Shown in pieces: positions 1-12,564 of a DNA stretch of 64,000 nucleotides. This stretch comes from Paraspadella gotoi (taxonomy: Eukaryota > Animalia > Chaetognatha). The notes beneath the pieces were generated by a model. The model searched no databases. It worked only from the letters and a program-made list of their open reading frames with translations, and had not been told where the DNA came from. How positions within the stretch are numbered: position 1 is the stretch's first letter; each line of letters starts with the position of its first letter. Position numbers and translations under genes: made by a program. The stretch lies in contig CM119264.1 in assembly GCA_051294375.1 (NCBI GenBank), forward strand, positions 16,935,139 through 16,999,138, in the 5' to 3' direction.

Positions 1-475
1 CGACGATGATGATAATGAAGATGATAACGACGCCTATGAGCTTGTTTGAAAGAAAACCTTGAAGACGATGACGATGAAGACACGATTGTCATCTCTGCGG
101 TGACGAGGACCGCTAAGGCGAACCGCGACGGTGACAGCGATGTGACGAAGGGTGACGGAAGGCGCCGAAGACCGACGACGACGACGATTTTTGTGACCAA
201 AGGAGAATTTGACTTCCACTCGAAAATCTCTGTGCAGAAAAGAAAAAAAAAAAAGGGAGAGACGTCAGTGACGAGGAACGAAGGAAGAAAATAAAAATAA
301 AGGAGAACGAGAAAATGAAGGAGAAGAAAACTGCGAAGAAGACGAGAAAAAAGGAGAAAGAAAAAAAAAGAGGAAAATTCGTTGGCAATCGAGCGAGTAT
401 AACGTCGCTTTAGTCTTCTCCATCCGGCGCCGGTTAATTGGATAACGATTTTTAAAAAGGGGAGCCAAAGGAAAG

Positions 476-517
<42 letters not shown>

Positions 518-984
518 AGAGAAAGAGAGAGAGAGAGGAGAGAGAGAGGAGAAGAGAGAGAGAGGAGAAAGGAATTATGCATGGGACATTTACACGGTCG
601 GCGATGAACAAATTATCTCATTAATAATTTATTTGACGTCGGAATTAGTTAATTCGTTCACGAATCAAGAAATTTTAAAAACACGTGCGGGGACAGCAAC
701 CCAAGAAAACGCACACATGAAGTATGGCAAAAGAAAAGATATGCTACGTTCACGCAGAGAGACACACAGACACACAAGCTTGGATTGGTGAATTTTTTGA
801 CTTCGGGAAAAAATGGCGGAAAGTTGAGTAATCTTTCATCATAAGACAAGAGTCGAAGTTGATTGGGGGAAGTTATCCGCGGCGAAGCCGCCGGCGGCAG
901 CTAGGAGCCCATCTAGACTACAGCACAATGAGATTTATTTTATCGCCGTTAAGCAGAGAGAGAGAGAATGAGAGAGAAAAAAAG

Positions 985-1030
<46 letters not shown>

Positions 1031-3209
1031 GAGAGAAGAGAGAGAGAAGAGAGAGAGAGAGGAGAGAGAAGAGAGAGAGAGCTCCAACGGGACTGGTAAG
1101 TTGGTTATGGATGTAAAAAATATAGTGGATTTGTGGATAGAATGAGTCGAGATACAGAGAACGAAAGGAACAATAAATCGAAGGAATTGAGTAAGGGACG
1201 GGGAGACGAGAAACTAAGACCAGAAGAGAAAGATGGAGTTGAAAAAAAGTAAGAGAGAGAAAAGAGATGGAAGGGTAAATAAAATGAAAAAAGCTCATCG
1301 GCGTGATGGAAACGCGTTGAAAAAAAAAAGTAGAAAAGAAAATGAAGAAGGGAAAGTTGTTCCTTTGTTTGTGTTCGCCCTGGGGGAATCAAGGGGGCGG
1401 GAAGACGAGGAGAGAAGGAGGGGAAGGCATGGAGAAGAGGGACGAGGGACGAAAACAGACGGGGGAAAGTAGAAAACAGGAAGAGAGATTGGTGGGGAAT
1501 AAGTAGAAAGAGGAAGAAGGAAGATGGAGACGATTGATATCGAGAATAAGGAAGGATGAAGGGAAATGAGTGGGGAATCGGGCTTCGGGTTTAGTTGGGA
1601 CTCAGGCCTCGGTGGGGGGGGGAAACTAAAAACAGGAAAGGGTTTGGGGGTATAAGCAGAAAGGTAAAGGAAAAAATTTGGACTTGGGAGACAAAACCCA
1701 AAAAAGATATGAGAATCCCCTTGACGGATGAGCCGAACTCGTGGCCCATGGGTAAAAGGGTGAGGCCAGGATCGAAGGGTGAGGAGAGGCCCTGGAAATT
1801 TGATTCGCCCGGAGGGACAACAAAAGAGACCATTGACTAATAGGTTGAAGAAAAAAAAAGGAGGCCGAGGAATAAGAATGAAAAGCCGTATGCGTCTACG
1901 TCGTTGTCGTCTACGGAGTCTTTCTCGTAGTCGTCGTAGTCGTCGGCATAGTCGTCGTCAATTTTTGCTCCATAGCGACTTTCCTTGTCTTTGTTACCGC
2001 CGTCGTTTCCATGGTTTCCGCCGTCATCTTTTCCGCCGCAAGAATCCATTTTGCGTTGAAATCTTCAGAAGCGGATGTCTTCGTTGTCTGTTTGTGTTGT
2101 TGCGTCGTTCACGTATCTTCGCTGTCGTCGTGTTGTTGACTTCATTTCCTTTCTTAAAAAGTAGGATTTATTTTTCTCTCTCTAAATCTTTTTCTTTGGT
2201 AACTCTTGACTCCTGACGATTGAACAAACGCCTTGACTCTTCAGCTCCACGTATCACCTTCCTATACATAACTATACGATATATCAACCTTACTTTCGAC
2301 TTTTCTTCGCGTCTTTTCTCTCTTCGTCTGCCATTCCTCTCAATCTATACCATTTCTAATCTCAACTTTCCTCCCTTTGTCAAACTCTTTTTTCCTCTCG
2401 ACCCTGATACTTGGTGGCTGCCTCCCGTCCCTCCTTCTCCTTTGGCCTTTTACTCTTCTTTTATTTCTCTCCTTCTGGCCAAATGACGCGACAATATTAA
2501 GGGCGTCCGAAAATAACAAGAAACAAGAGGTTCGAGGGAGGAAGGGCGGGGGGAGGGGAGAGGCTTCGGTGACCGAAGAAAAATCTCGCACGCCGATGTC
2601 AACTGCCGAACGATCGCTGCGACTGCTGCTTTGTTGCGGGTGCCGACAGCTACCAGTATCAGCGCTATGTCGCCGTCGCCACCGCCGAATAAAACGACAA
2701 CCAGTTTTGGGATGTTCGAGACAGCTTGTTCAATGTTCAATGTCAATGTTCAGTGTTCAATGTTCATTTATGCTTGACGTTAAAGGTTCTTTTGACGCAG
2801 TATTTCATAATAGTCTTTCGAATTACGAACGTATTGTCGAAAACGTAAAAATACTACTTATTCTACTAATACCTGTGCACTTCGAGCACTTTCGTGTGAG
2901 ACTTACTAAACAGAAAAAAACGTTAAAAAAAAACCTAGTAGACTTTAATATGCCAAATCGTTGTTAGTCCTCTAGGGATATGCGTTTGTCATATTAGCAA
3001 CGCACCGTCAGTGCCTAATATAATCGGTCCATTGAACCCAATTCCTTATCACCAACTTGGTTTGACGTCAAAATCCTTACTTCGATTTTTCTAATCTTTA
3101 CTTCCGAAGATTAATACATCGCTTTATCCGCAATATTCTCCGCGGAAAGCTACTTTTCACTGTTGAAGTAAGCAACTGATTTCCCGCTTAGATAACAGCT
3201 AGTAGAGCT
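1..3209. repeat. Segmental duplicate, copy 1 of block also at ~9993-14575 and (from position ~565 on) ~23250-25880
   Basis: Colinear near-identical sequence, e.g. gaattatgcatgggacatttacacggtc at ~572 and ~23258 with a noisy version at ~10808, and gataacagcta(t)gtagagct at ~3191, ~14565 and ~25862. Differences are mostly 1-nt indels. Confidence 0.9.
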
Positions 3210-4279
3210 GGGGGGGGGAGGAGTGGGGGAAAATATGAAAAAATATGAAAAACGAAAAAAAGAAAATCATTGATGACTTTTTTCTTTATTAGTAGTTTAC
3301 GTATTCTCTCCAGAGAAAGGATTAATACTGGACAGGTGAGGCATCGGACGTAAAAAAAGGGTAATTGATTACGAAAAAAAAAATTTGTAGTAGAAAAGAA
3401 TAAGGACGAAATTATATCATGAACGGAGAGAAGACGAAAGTATGAAAAAATTATAAGCGGAAATAAATTTTTCACAAAAACTATCGGGAGAAAGGGATGG
3501 AAACAAAAAACAAAAAAAGGAGAGACGTGACAGAATCGGCGCTCGTCGGATGAGCTCCAAAGCCTAGAATATAATATCGAACAGAAAAAAAAACGGTCGG
3601 AACGTCATTTCCGGCGACGTCGATGCCGGAAATGTTGCGGTGGCGGCGGCAGCGGCGGCGGCAGCGGCGGCGGCAGCGGCGGCGGTGGCGTTGATGCAAT
3701 CGAAACAGCTGGGAAAGAGCTGAGGTGTTTGTTAACGAAACTAAGCCTCAGTCTAAGGGAGGAAATCGTAAAATGTTTGAAATCCGATAAAAAGAAAATT
3801 AATAACGAATGCACAAGCACGCGAAAAATAAATGGCGGGAAAAAAACGAGGATCGAAAGAAGGAAAGAAGAAATACGAAAGAAAACGATGATAAAATCGA
3901 CGGCGACTAGGCGGACGATGATGATAATGAAGATGATAACGACGCCTATGAGCTTGTTTGAAGAAAACCTTGAAGACGATGACGATGAAGACGATTGTCA
4001 TCTCTGCGGTGACGAGGACCGCTAAGGCGAACCGCGACGGTGACAGCGATGTGGACGAAGGGTGACGGAAGGCGCCGAAGACGACGACGACGACGATTTT
4101 TGTGACCAAAAAGGAGAATTTGACTTCCACTCGAAAATCTCTGTGCAGAAAAGAAAAAAAAAAAGGGAGAGACGTCAGTGACGAGGAACGAAGGAGAAAA
4201 TAAAAAAAAGGAGAAGAGAAAATGAAGGAGAAGAAAACTGCGAAGAAGACGAGAAAAAAAGGAGAAAGAAAAAAAAAAC
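3210..4279. repeat. Duplicate of ~9280-10375, joined head-to-tail after copy 1
   Basis: ggaggagtgggggaaaatatgaaaaaatatgaaaaacg occurs at ~3217 and ~9285. The match runs through gagaaaaaaggagaaag, and its 3' part also repeats 1-370. Confidence 0.85.
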
Positions 4280-4488
4280 ACCAGAGGAGAGATATGGTTC
4301 TCGAGTTTGCGGGGCCGGATCAGTCGCCGACAGTATTGAACTTGAGTAGCAGTGCGACAGCCTCAAGCGGCACTTTGCCTCAGCTGTTCGGGGCTTGGGG
4401 TCTGTGGCAGACTGGCGTTGGTGGTTATTGGGTTTTTCGATTGTATGTATAATTGATAAATTTTATCCTTGCGTCAACTAATTCAACC

Positions 4489-4528
<40 letters not shown>

Positions 4529-4565
4529 CGTCTCTTCTTCTCATCATCTCTCCTCTCTCTCACAG

Positions 4566-4703
4566 GGATTCAGCCACTACGACTGACCGCCAAGCTCGCA
4601 ACGACGTTCTCGTTCTCTCCATGCTCGTGGCGACAGGGATGTTCCCAAGGCGCCCTCGTAGAGTGCCGGATCGCCAAGATGCCGTCACCTTCGCCACCTT
4701 CAG
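4566..4703 (+). CDS. Candidate internal exon, product unknown (DSATTTDRQARNDVLVLSMLVATGMFPRRPRRVPDRQDAVTFATFR)
   Basis: (CT)n polypyrimidine tract ending cacag, then a 138-bp open frame in symmetric phase, then an AG|gttcgt donor. It is a GC-rich island between microsatellites. No homology recognised. Confidence 0.3.
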
Positions 4704-4735
4704 GTTCGTCGTCGTCGGTTTATTTTTATTTTGAG

Positions 4736-4806
<71 letters not shown>

Positions 4807-5125
4807 AAAATACAATCTGAAAAAAAAAAAGAAGAAATACAATCGTCACAAATCTGCACGTCTTTAGAGAAGAGAAGAGAGAGAGAGAGAGAAGAGAGGA
4901 GAGAGAGAGAGAGAAGAGAGAAAAGAGAGAGGGAGAGAGAGAGAGAGAGAGAGAGAGAAGAGAAAGAAGAGAGAGAGAGAGAAGAGAGAGAGAGAGATAG
5001 GGTGAGGGAAATGACGAGAAGCAGAGGGAAGATATGGACGAAGAAATGGAAGGGTGAAGGAGGGAGGGGAAAAGGAAAGAAAAAGTGAGAGAAGAAAGAG
5101 AGAGAGAGAGAGAGAGAGAAGAGAG

Positions 5126-5163
<38 letters not shown>

Positions 5164-5365
5164 AGAGGAGAGAGAGAGAGAAGAGAGAGGAGAAGAGAAG
5201 AGAGAGAGAAAGAGAGAGAGAGGATAGGGTGAGGGAAAAAGAAGAGAAGCAGGGGGAAGATATTCACCGAAGATGGAAGGGTAAGAAGGAGGGGGGAAAG
5301 GAAAGAGAACAGTGAGAGAGAAAGAAAGAGAGAAGAAAGAGAGAGAGTGAGAGAGGAAGAGACAG

Positions 5366-5434
<69 letters not shown>

Positions 5435-6942
5435 GAGGGAAAAGAACGTGAAGCAGCGGAAAGCAGGCCAGGAGATTGGCAAATGAGATGAGACAAGAAA
5501 AGATAAAAGAATGATATCTAAAAAGAGGAGGAAATAAAGAAACGCATTTTTTTTATTAGATATCTTAATTTCATTTAATAATTTAGTAACCTGTAAAAAA
5601 ATTGTGTTAAATGAAATAGTTTCACTTTTCCGTAACTAATACTCTAACATGTAGTTGTTTTATATCTACGAATAAAAATTTTAAAAAAAAATTCGGAAAT
5701 TTATAAGACTTTCAATTTCAATTTTTAATTATTTTTTTTAAAAAATCATTTTAGTTTTGAAAAGGCCTTCTCGCCAGTGATATTTTAAAATGTTAATCCT
5801 CTGCACTGCCGTCTGCAGTCTGCAGTCTTTCTATCCTCTATAAAACTTCTTGAATTCTATGTCTCTTTTTTTCCTCGACTCTTTTCTGTTTTTTTTTCTA
5901 ACTGTAAAGAATGTTCCCGTATCATGAGATAAATATTTGAGTTATAAACCTACATCTGATGCGATTAAGAAAATGAAATAAATGTAAAATAAATCAAAAA
6001 TTTACAAAATAAGAAAAATTTTTAATTAATCGTTAATTTTTCCAAACAATATGCCGATAATAAATAAAGATTTTTCCTTTTGGCGAATCACCACTTTTAT
6101 TTTTTTTCTCGCTTCACCCTCAATCTTCCTTTTTTCAAACTTCCCTTTTTTTTCTAAAATTTAACTTTCGTCGATCCTTTACTTTACTCTTCACCATTTC
6201 CTCCCCTTATCTTCCGCCTCTCTCCTTCCTTTCTCAGAGAAAGAAGAAAACCCGCCAGATAAAACAGAGAGTGAATAGGATTAGAAGTTTATGTGAAATG
6301 CAACGCGAAAAAGATGGGTTCTTTTTTTCTTCAAGATTCTATTTTTTTTTCTCCCTTTCTTCTTTTCAACACAAATATAAGCGCGAAAGAAATTCAAAAA
6401 AAAATACTTCGGGGGAAAGTCGTATTGACATTTTTAAATGGAAAGCCTTAATTGTACAGAGAGAAATAGTAAAATTGAACTTACATTTGGGTGTTTCGCC
6501 GAGAGCTTTGAGATTTTAATGATATAAAGGTAAACCCTTCGTCCCAGGCTTTCTCGCTGGCGCGTGTCAGTTGCAATTTAACAGGATGGTGAGAAAAATA
6601 AATGAAGCTTGGATCATGCATTGTGTTTCTTCGTTGAATAAAAAAAAGAAAGAATAATAATGATAAAAAAAGACCGCTAATCGCAACTTTGTCAGAAAAG
6701 TATAGTTAAGAATTGATAGGGTCAAAGTTGAAAAGGGAGAATTGCTACGATCACTCCCCTCACAAACTACGCAATCACAACGGCCAGCGCCAGGCCAGGG
6801 TTTACGCCATAACCGCGCACGGCCCGCCACCACACCGCTCGGGCCGGCCGTTACGGTAACTAGGGCGACGACTACGACGACAACAATCTTTTCTCTTTGG
6901 ATCGCTGCGGACTTTGGTTGAAAAGGCCGCGGAAAACCCGAA

Positions 6943-6943
6943 A

Positions 6944-6990
<47 letters not shown>

Positions 6991-6994
6991 GACG
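6943..6994. repeat. (GAC)n microsatellite
   Basis: Long, almost uninterrupted gacgacgac run. Confidence 0.95.
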
Positions 6995-8023
6995 ATAAAA
7001 TCAGCATAAACTCTAAACGCGCGACACAAGAGGCTTGTAAAACGCGGTCCGGCGCTTATGCCCAACCACGGCTAACCGCCTCGCCACCAACACCACCATT
7101 GGCAACCCAAAAGAAACGCTACCACCCACTTCCCGAGAGGTGGGCCGAACCGAAACGCGCGGAAATGGGCCCGAATAGCCGCCGCCGGGCAAGCCCGAAC
7201 CGGGAAATGCCTCCGCCGACAAAAGAGGCAACGCCGCCGACAAATAATAAACGACATCATCATAACCCATCCCCGCATTACTGACCCTCAATGTCTATGC
7301 TCGAGAGACCCGACGCCCGACGCTGCTGCCGAGGCGGAGGGGGAGGGGGACGCCGCCCGCCGCCGCGCGCCGCCGCCGCCGCCGCACGCCGCCGCCGCGC
7401 CGCCGCCGCCGCCAACGCGCAGCCACCACCCACCACCGCGACGCGACATGACGACGATACAATAATCATAGTCCGTGACAACGAACGACAAACAACAACA
7501 GCAATAATCGGACGAAGACTAGGATGGAAGGATCAACAAACAATTGGGTCCGTATATTATTCTTTGATTAAGTTCGCCGCCGCCAGCGGTGTGGATGAAT
7601 AAAACTTTTCCAGAGAATAATCACTAATGTTGTTGTTGTTACTTTATAGAATTACTGAATTGGCGGACTGCATCTCACGAGATTTTAATCAGAAAAAATG
7701 GTTTGACGCTCCAGACGGTGACGGAGGCTAATCGTTTGTGCTATTTTCCGCAATATGCAATCACGTAAGTTTTTTATCTAATCGATATAAACCGCGATAT
7801 GGTTTATCATTTAGCGTAGATATTGAATATCAAATACTCTCCACAAACATTAAGTCCGGGACAACTCAATTCAAATTAATAATGAGGCTAAAACCGAGCT
7901 CGGATTTCGAAAGGAGAGCTCCTGACGATTCCGAAAATGTATTCACTTACTATTTTTTTCAAAAGGCGTCATCGTTTTTTTCGATTTTTTTTTTGTACTA
8001 TATAAAATAAAAGAAACCTATTT

Positions 8024-8309
8024 GAAGAGTTGCAGCCCAAAACGGTAAGGCGGTTTCTCAATTAAATTTGGCATGAAATTACCTTTAAGGTCACGAACTT
8101 CCAATTCTATGAAAAGATACTTTCAAAATTTGCCTTCCTTCATATAAATTTGATTTTTTAATCAATGTTTGGGATTAATTCTTGATATATTTGAAACAAA
8201 AAACATTTTTTCAAAAAAACGCGTCTAGAATTTCCACCACCTTTCCTTTCTTGCCCAAGATATTTTTTTCTTCAAGAAAGTCCAAACGGGTTTGAGCTGC
8301 AAACTCTTC
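8024..8309. mobile_element. Inverted-repeat pair, probable DNA-transposon/MITE remnant (ends not defined)
   Basis: gaagagttgcagcccaaaacggt (8024-8046) versus acgggtttgagctgcaaactcttc (8286-8309), whose reverse complement is gaagagtttgcagctcaaacccgt. The spacer is AT-rich. Confidence 0.4.
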
Positions 8310-10503
8310 GTTTTTAACTTCAACTTCGTCAAGAAAGTTAAATTCTGTACTCATTAAACTCATTAAAACATTTAATAAAGTAAAAAGTCAAATTGAAAAT
8401 AAATTCGTAAGTTTTTCAAACTCATAAAACTTCAAAAAGTATAAAACCCGTCTGGAAAATGTGTAGTAGTTTATTTTAGACTTATTAGTGATACAACTCC
8501 ATGTATTTACTTTTACCAAAGGAACGAATTAAAATATAAGAAGTAGAAATTGAGATTACTGTTAAAGAATCAGTTTTAAGTTAAAAAATTTAAGTTGTAG
8601 AAAATTTTACTTACAATAAAAAATTATTTTTCTCTTGAAATCTAAAGTTTTACCGGAAGAAAAAATTAGGTTTAAATTTTTATGAACATTTTATGTAGAT
8701 TTTTAAAGTTTTCGATTTATTTTCAATAGAAAACCTCTTACAAAGATATGAGAAAATGATTAAGATACAGTAAATTAAGAATATATACAATTTAAGATTG
8801 AGTGATCCCTGGCCTTAAGCGTTTAATGCATGTATTATTTTTAAACGTCGATCGTGTGGGCATCGTTCGTCCATAGCGCCTGATAAACCCTGATGCAACA
8901 TCGTGTCAGTCAACATCAAATTGGCGGCGCTGACACGGCGCAAGCTGACACGCCTTCAAGCTGACACACCCGACAACGCCTGACAACGCCGCGCGACGCT
9001 GAAGCAGTCCGAGGCGCCGGAAACGAGTTTTCCCTCGACAATATCGATCTCTGTCACCGATTTAATGAAAAAACAAATTGCAAAATTTCTAGGCGGCCGA
9101 TTCCGAGAGGCGTGGATTCCTGATGAAAGAGCCGATAGAGGCTACGGAGCCGAGTTTTTTAGAGGAGGCGCACGGACACCAGACGGCGCGATATAGATGG
9201 CGCCGATTTGAGGAGGCGGCGTCTTGGATAAGTACAGAGCAACCTCGACCTAGTCGGAAATATGAGTGGCGGAGGAGGGGGAGGGAGGAGTGGGGGAAAA
9301 TATGAAAAAATATGAAAAACGAAAAAAGAAAATCATTGATGACTTTTTTCTTTATTAGTGTTTACGTTATTCTGTCCAGAGAAAGGATTAATACTGGACA
9401 GGTGAAGGGCATCGGAGTAAAAAAGGGTAATTGATTACGAAAAAAAAAATTTGTAGTAAAAAAGAATAAGGAACGAAATTATATCATGAACGGAGAGCAG
9501 ACGAATGGAGCATATGAAAAATTATAAGCGGAAATAAATTTGTTGCACAAAAACTATCGGGAGGAAAGGGGAATGGAAACAAAAACAAAAAAAAGGAGAG
9601 GACGTGACAGAAATCGGCGCTCGTCGGATGAGCTCCAAAAGCCTAGAATATAAATCGAACGAGAAAAAAAAACGGTCGGTAAACCGTCATTTCGGCTGAC
9701 GTCGATGCCGGAAATGTTGCGGTGGCGGCGCACGCGCGGCAAGCGGCGTGCGGCAAGCGCGGCGTGGCGTTGATGCAATGGAAACAGCTGGAAGAAGGCT
9801 GAGGTGTTTTTTAACGAAACTAAGCCTCAGTCTAAGAGGGAGGAAATCGAAAATGTTTGAGAATCCGATAAAAAGAAAATTAATAACGAATGCACAAGCA
9901 CCGAAAAATAATGGCGGGGAAAAAAACGAGGAATCGAAAGAAGGAAAGAGAAAATACGAAAGAAAACGATGATAAAATCGACGGCGACTAGGCGACGATG
10001 ATGAAATAATGAAGATGATTAACGACGCCTATGACTTGTTTGAAAGAAAACCTTGAAGACGATGACGATGAAGAACGATTGTCACTCTGCGGTGACCGAG
10101 GACCCGCTAAGGCGAACCGCGAGCGGTGACAGCGATGTGAACGAAGGGTGACGGAAGGCGCCGAAGACACGACGACGACGACGATTATTTGTGACCAAAA
10201 GGAGAATTTGAACTTCCCACTCGAAAATCTCTGTGCAGAAAAGAAAAAAAAAAAAGGGAGAGACGTCAGTGACGAGGAACGAGAGGAAGAAAATAAAAAG
10301 AAAAGGAGAAGAGAAAATGAAGGAAGAAGAAAAACTGCGAAAGAAGACGAGAAAAAGGAAGAAAGAAAATAAAAGAGGAAAAATTCCGTTGGCATCGAGC
10401 GAGTATAACGTCCGCTTAGTCTTCTCCCATCCGGCGCCGGTTATTGGATACGATTTTAAAAAAGGGGAGCCAAAGAGAGAAGGAGGCGAGAAGAGAGAGG
10501 AGA

Positions 10504-10539
<36 letters not shown>

Positions 10540-10715
10540 AGAAGAGAGAGAGGAGAGGAGGAGAGAGAGAGNNNNNNNNNNNNNNNNNNNNNNNNNTAAA
10601 AGAGGAAAATTACCGTTGGCATCGAGCCGAGTATAACGTCGCTTTAGTCTTCTCCATCCGGCGCCGGTTAATTGGATAACGATTTTAAAAAGGGGAGCCA
10701 AAGGAAAGGAGGCGA

Positions 10716-10757
<42 letters not shown>

Positions 10758-10763
10758 AGAGAG

Positions 10764-10804
<41 letters not shown>

Positions 10805-12564
10805 AAGGAATATGCATAGGGACATTTTACACGGTCGGCGTATGAACAAAATTATTCTCATTTAATAATTATTTGACGTCGGGAATTAGTTAATTCGTTC
10901 ACGAATGCAAGAAATTTAAAAACACGTGCGGGGAACAGACACCCAAGAAAACGCACACATGAAGTATGGCAAAGAAAAGATATGCTCGTTGCACGCAGAG
11001 AGACACAGCAGACACACAACTTAGGATTGGGAATTTTTTTGAACTTCGGGAAAAAATGGCGGAAAGTTGAGTAATCTTGTCATCATAGACAAGAGTCGAA
11101 GTTGATTGGGGGAGAAGTTATCCGCGGCGGAAAGCCGCGGCGGCAGCTAGGAGCCATCTAGACTAAGCACAATGAGATTTAATTTTATCGCCGTTTAAGC
11201 AGAGAGAGAGAGAGAATGAGAGAGAAAAAAAGGAGGAGAGAAAGAGAGAGAGAGGAGAGAGAGAGAGAGAAAATGAGAGGAGAAGAGAGAGACGAGAGAG
11301 AGAGAGAGAGGAGAGAGAGAAGGGGAGCTCCAAGGGACTGGTAAGTTGTTATGGATGTAAAAGTATTAGTGATTTGTGGATAGAATGGCTCGAGATACAG
11401 AGACGAAAGGAACATAAAATCGAAGGAATTGAGTAAGGGGATCGGGGAGACGAGAAACTAAGACCAGAGAGAAAGATGGAGTTGAAAAAAAGTAAGAGAG
11501 AGAAAAGAGATGGGAAGGGTAAATAAAATGAAAAAGCATCATCGGCGTGGATGGAAACGCGTTGAAAAAAAAAAGTAGAAAAGAAAATGAAGAAGGGAAA
11601 AGTTGTTCTTTGGTTGTGTTCGCCCTGGGGGAATCAAAGGTGGGGCGGGAAGACCAAGAGGAGAGAAGGAGGGGAAGGCATGGAGAAGAGGGACGAGGGA
11701 CGAAAAACAGACTGGGGAAAAGTAGAAACAGGAAGAGAGATTGGTGGGGAATAAGTAGAAAGAAGGACAAGAAGGAAGATGGGAGACGATTGAATCGAGA
11801 ATAAGGAAGGATGAAGGGAAATGAAGTGGGGAATCCGGGCTTCGGTTTAGTTGGGACTCACGGCCTCGGTGGGGGGGGGAAACTAAAAACAGGAAAGGGC
11901 TTTGGGGTAATAAGCAGAAAGTAAAGGAAAAAAATTTGACTTGGGAGACAAAACCCAAAAAAGATATGAGAATCCCCTTGGACGGATGAGCCGAACTCGT
12001 GGCCATGGGTAAAAGGGTGAGGCCAGGATCGAAGGGTTGAGGGAGGCCCTGGAAATTTGATTCGCCCGGAGGGACACAAAAGAGACCTATTGAACTAATA
12101 GGTTGAAGAAAAAAAAAGGAGGCGAAGGAATAAGAATGAAAAGACCGTATCGTCTATCGTCGTTGGTCGTCTTAGCGGAGTCTTTCTCGTAGTCGTCGTA
12201 GTCGTCGGCATCGTCGTCGTACAATTTTTGCTGCCAATAGCGACTTTCCCTTGTCTTTGTTAACCGCCGTCGTTTCCAATGGTTTCCGCCGTCATCTTTT
12301 CGCGCGCAAGAATCCATTTTGCGTTGAAATCTTCAGAAGCGGATGTCTTCGTTGTCTGTTTGTGCGTTGTTGCGTCCGTTCACGTATCTTCGCTGTCGTC
12401 GTTTGTTGTTGACTTCAATTTCCTTTCTTAAAAAGTAGCGATTTTTATTTTTCTCTCATGCTAAATCTTTTTCTTTGGTAACTCTTTTGACTCTCGACGA
12501 TTGAAACGAACGCTTGACTCTTCAAGCATCCACGTATCACCTTCCTATAAACATACTATACGAA

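Noticed and set aside
1837-2250. Acidic Asp/Asn-rich minus-strand ORFs (also at ~12100-12500 and ~24300-24944)
   Set aside because: They derive from degenerate (GAC/AAC)n repeats. The two acidic frames are out of phase in all three copies, and there are no good splice signals.
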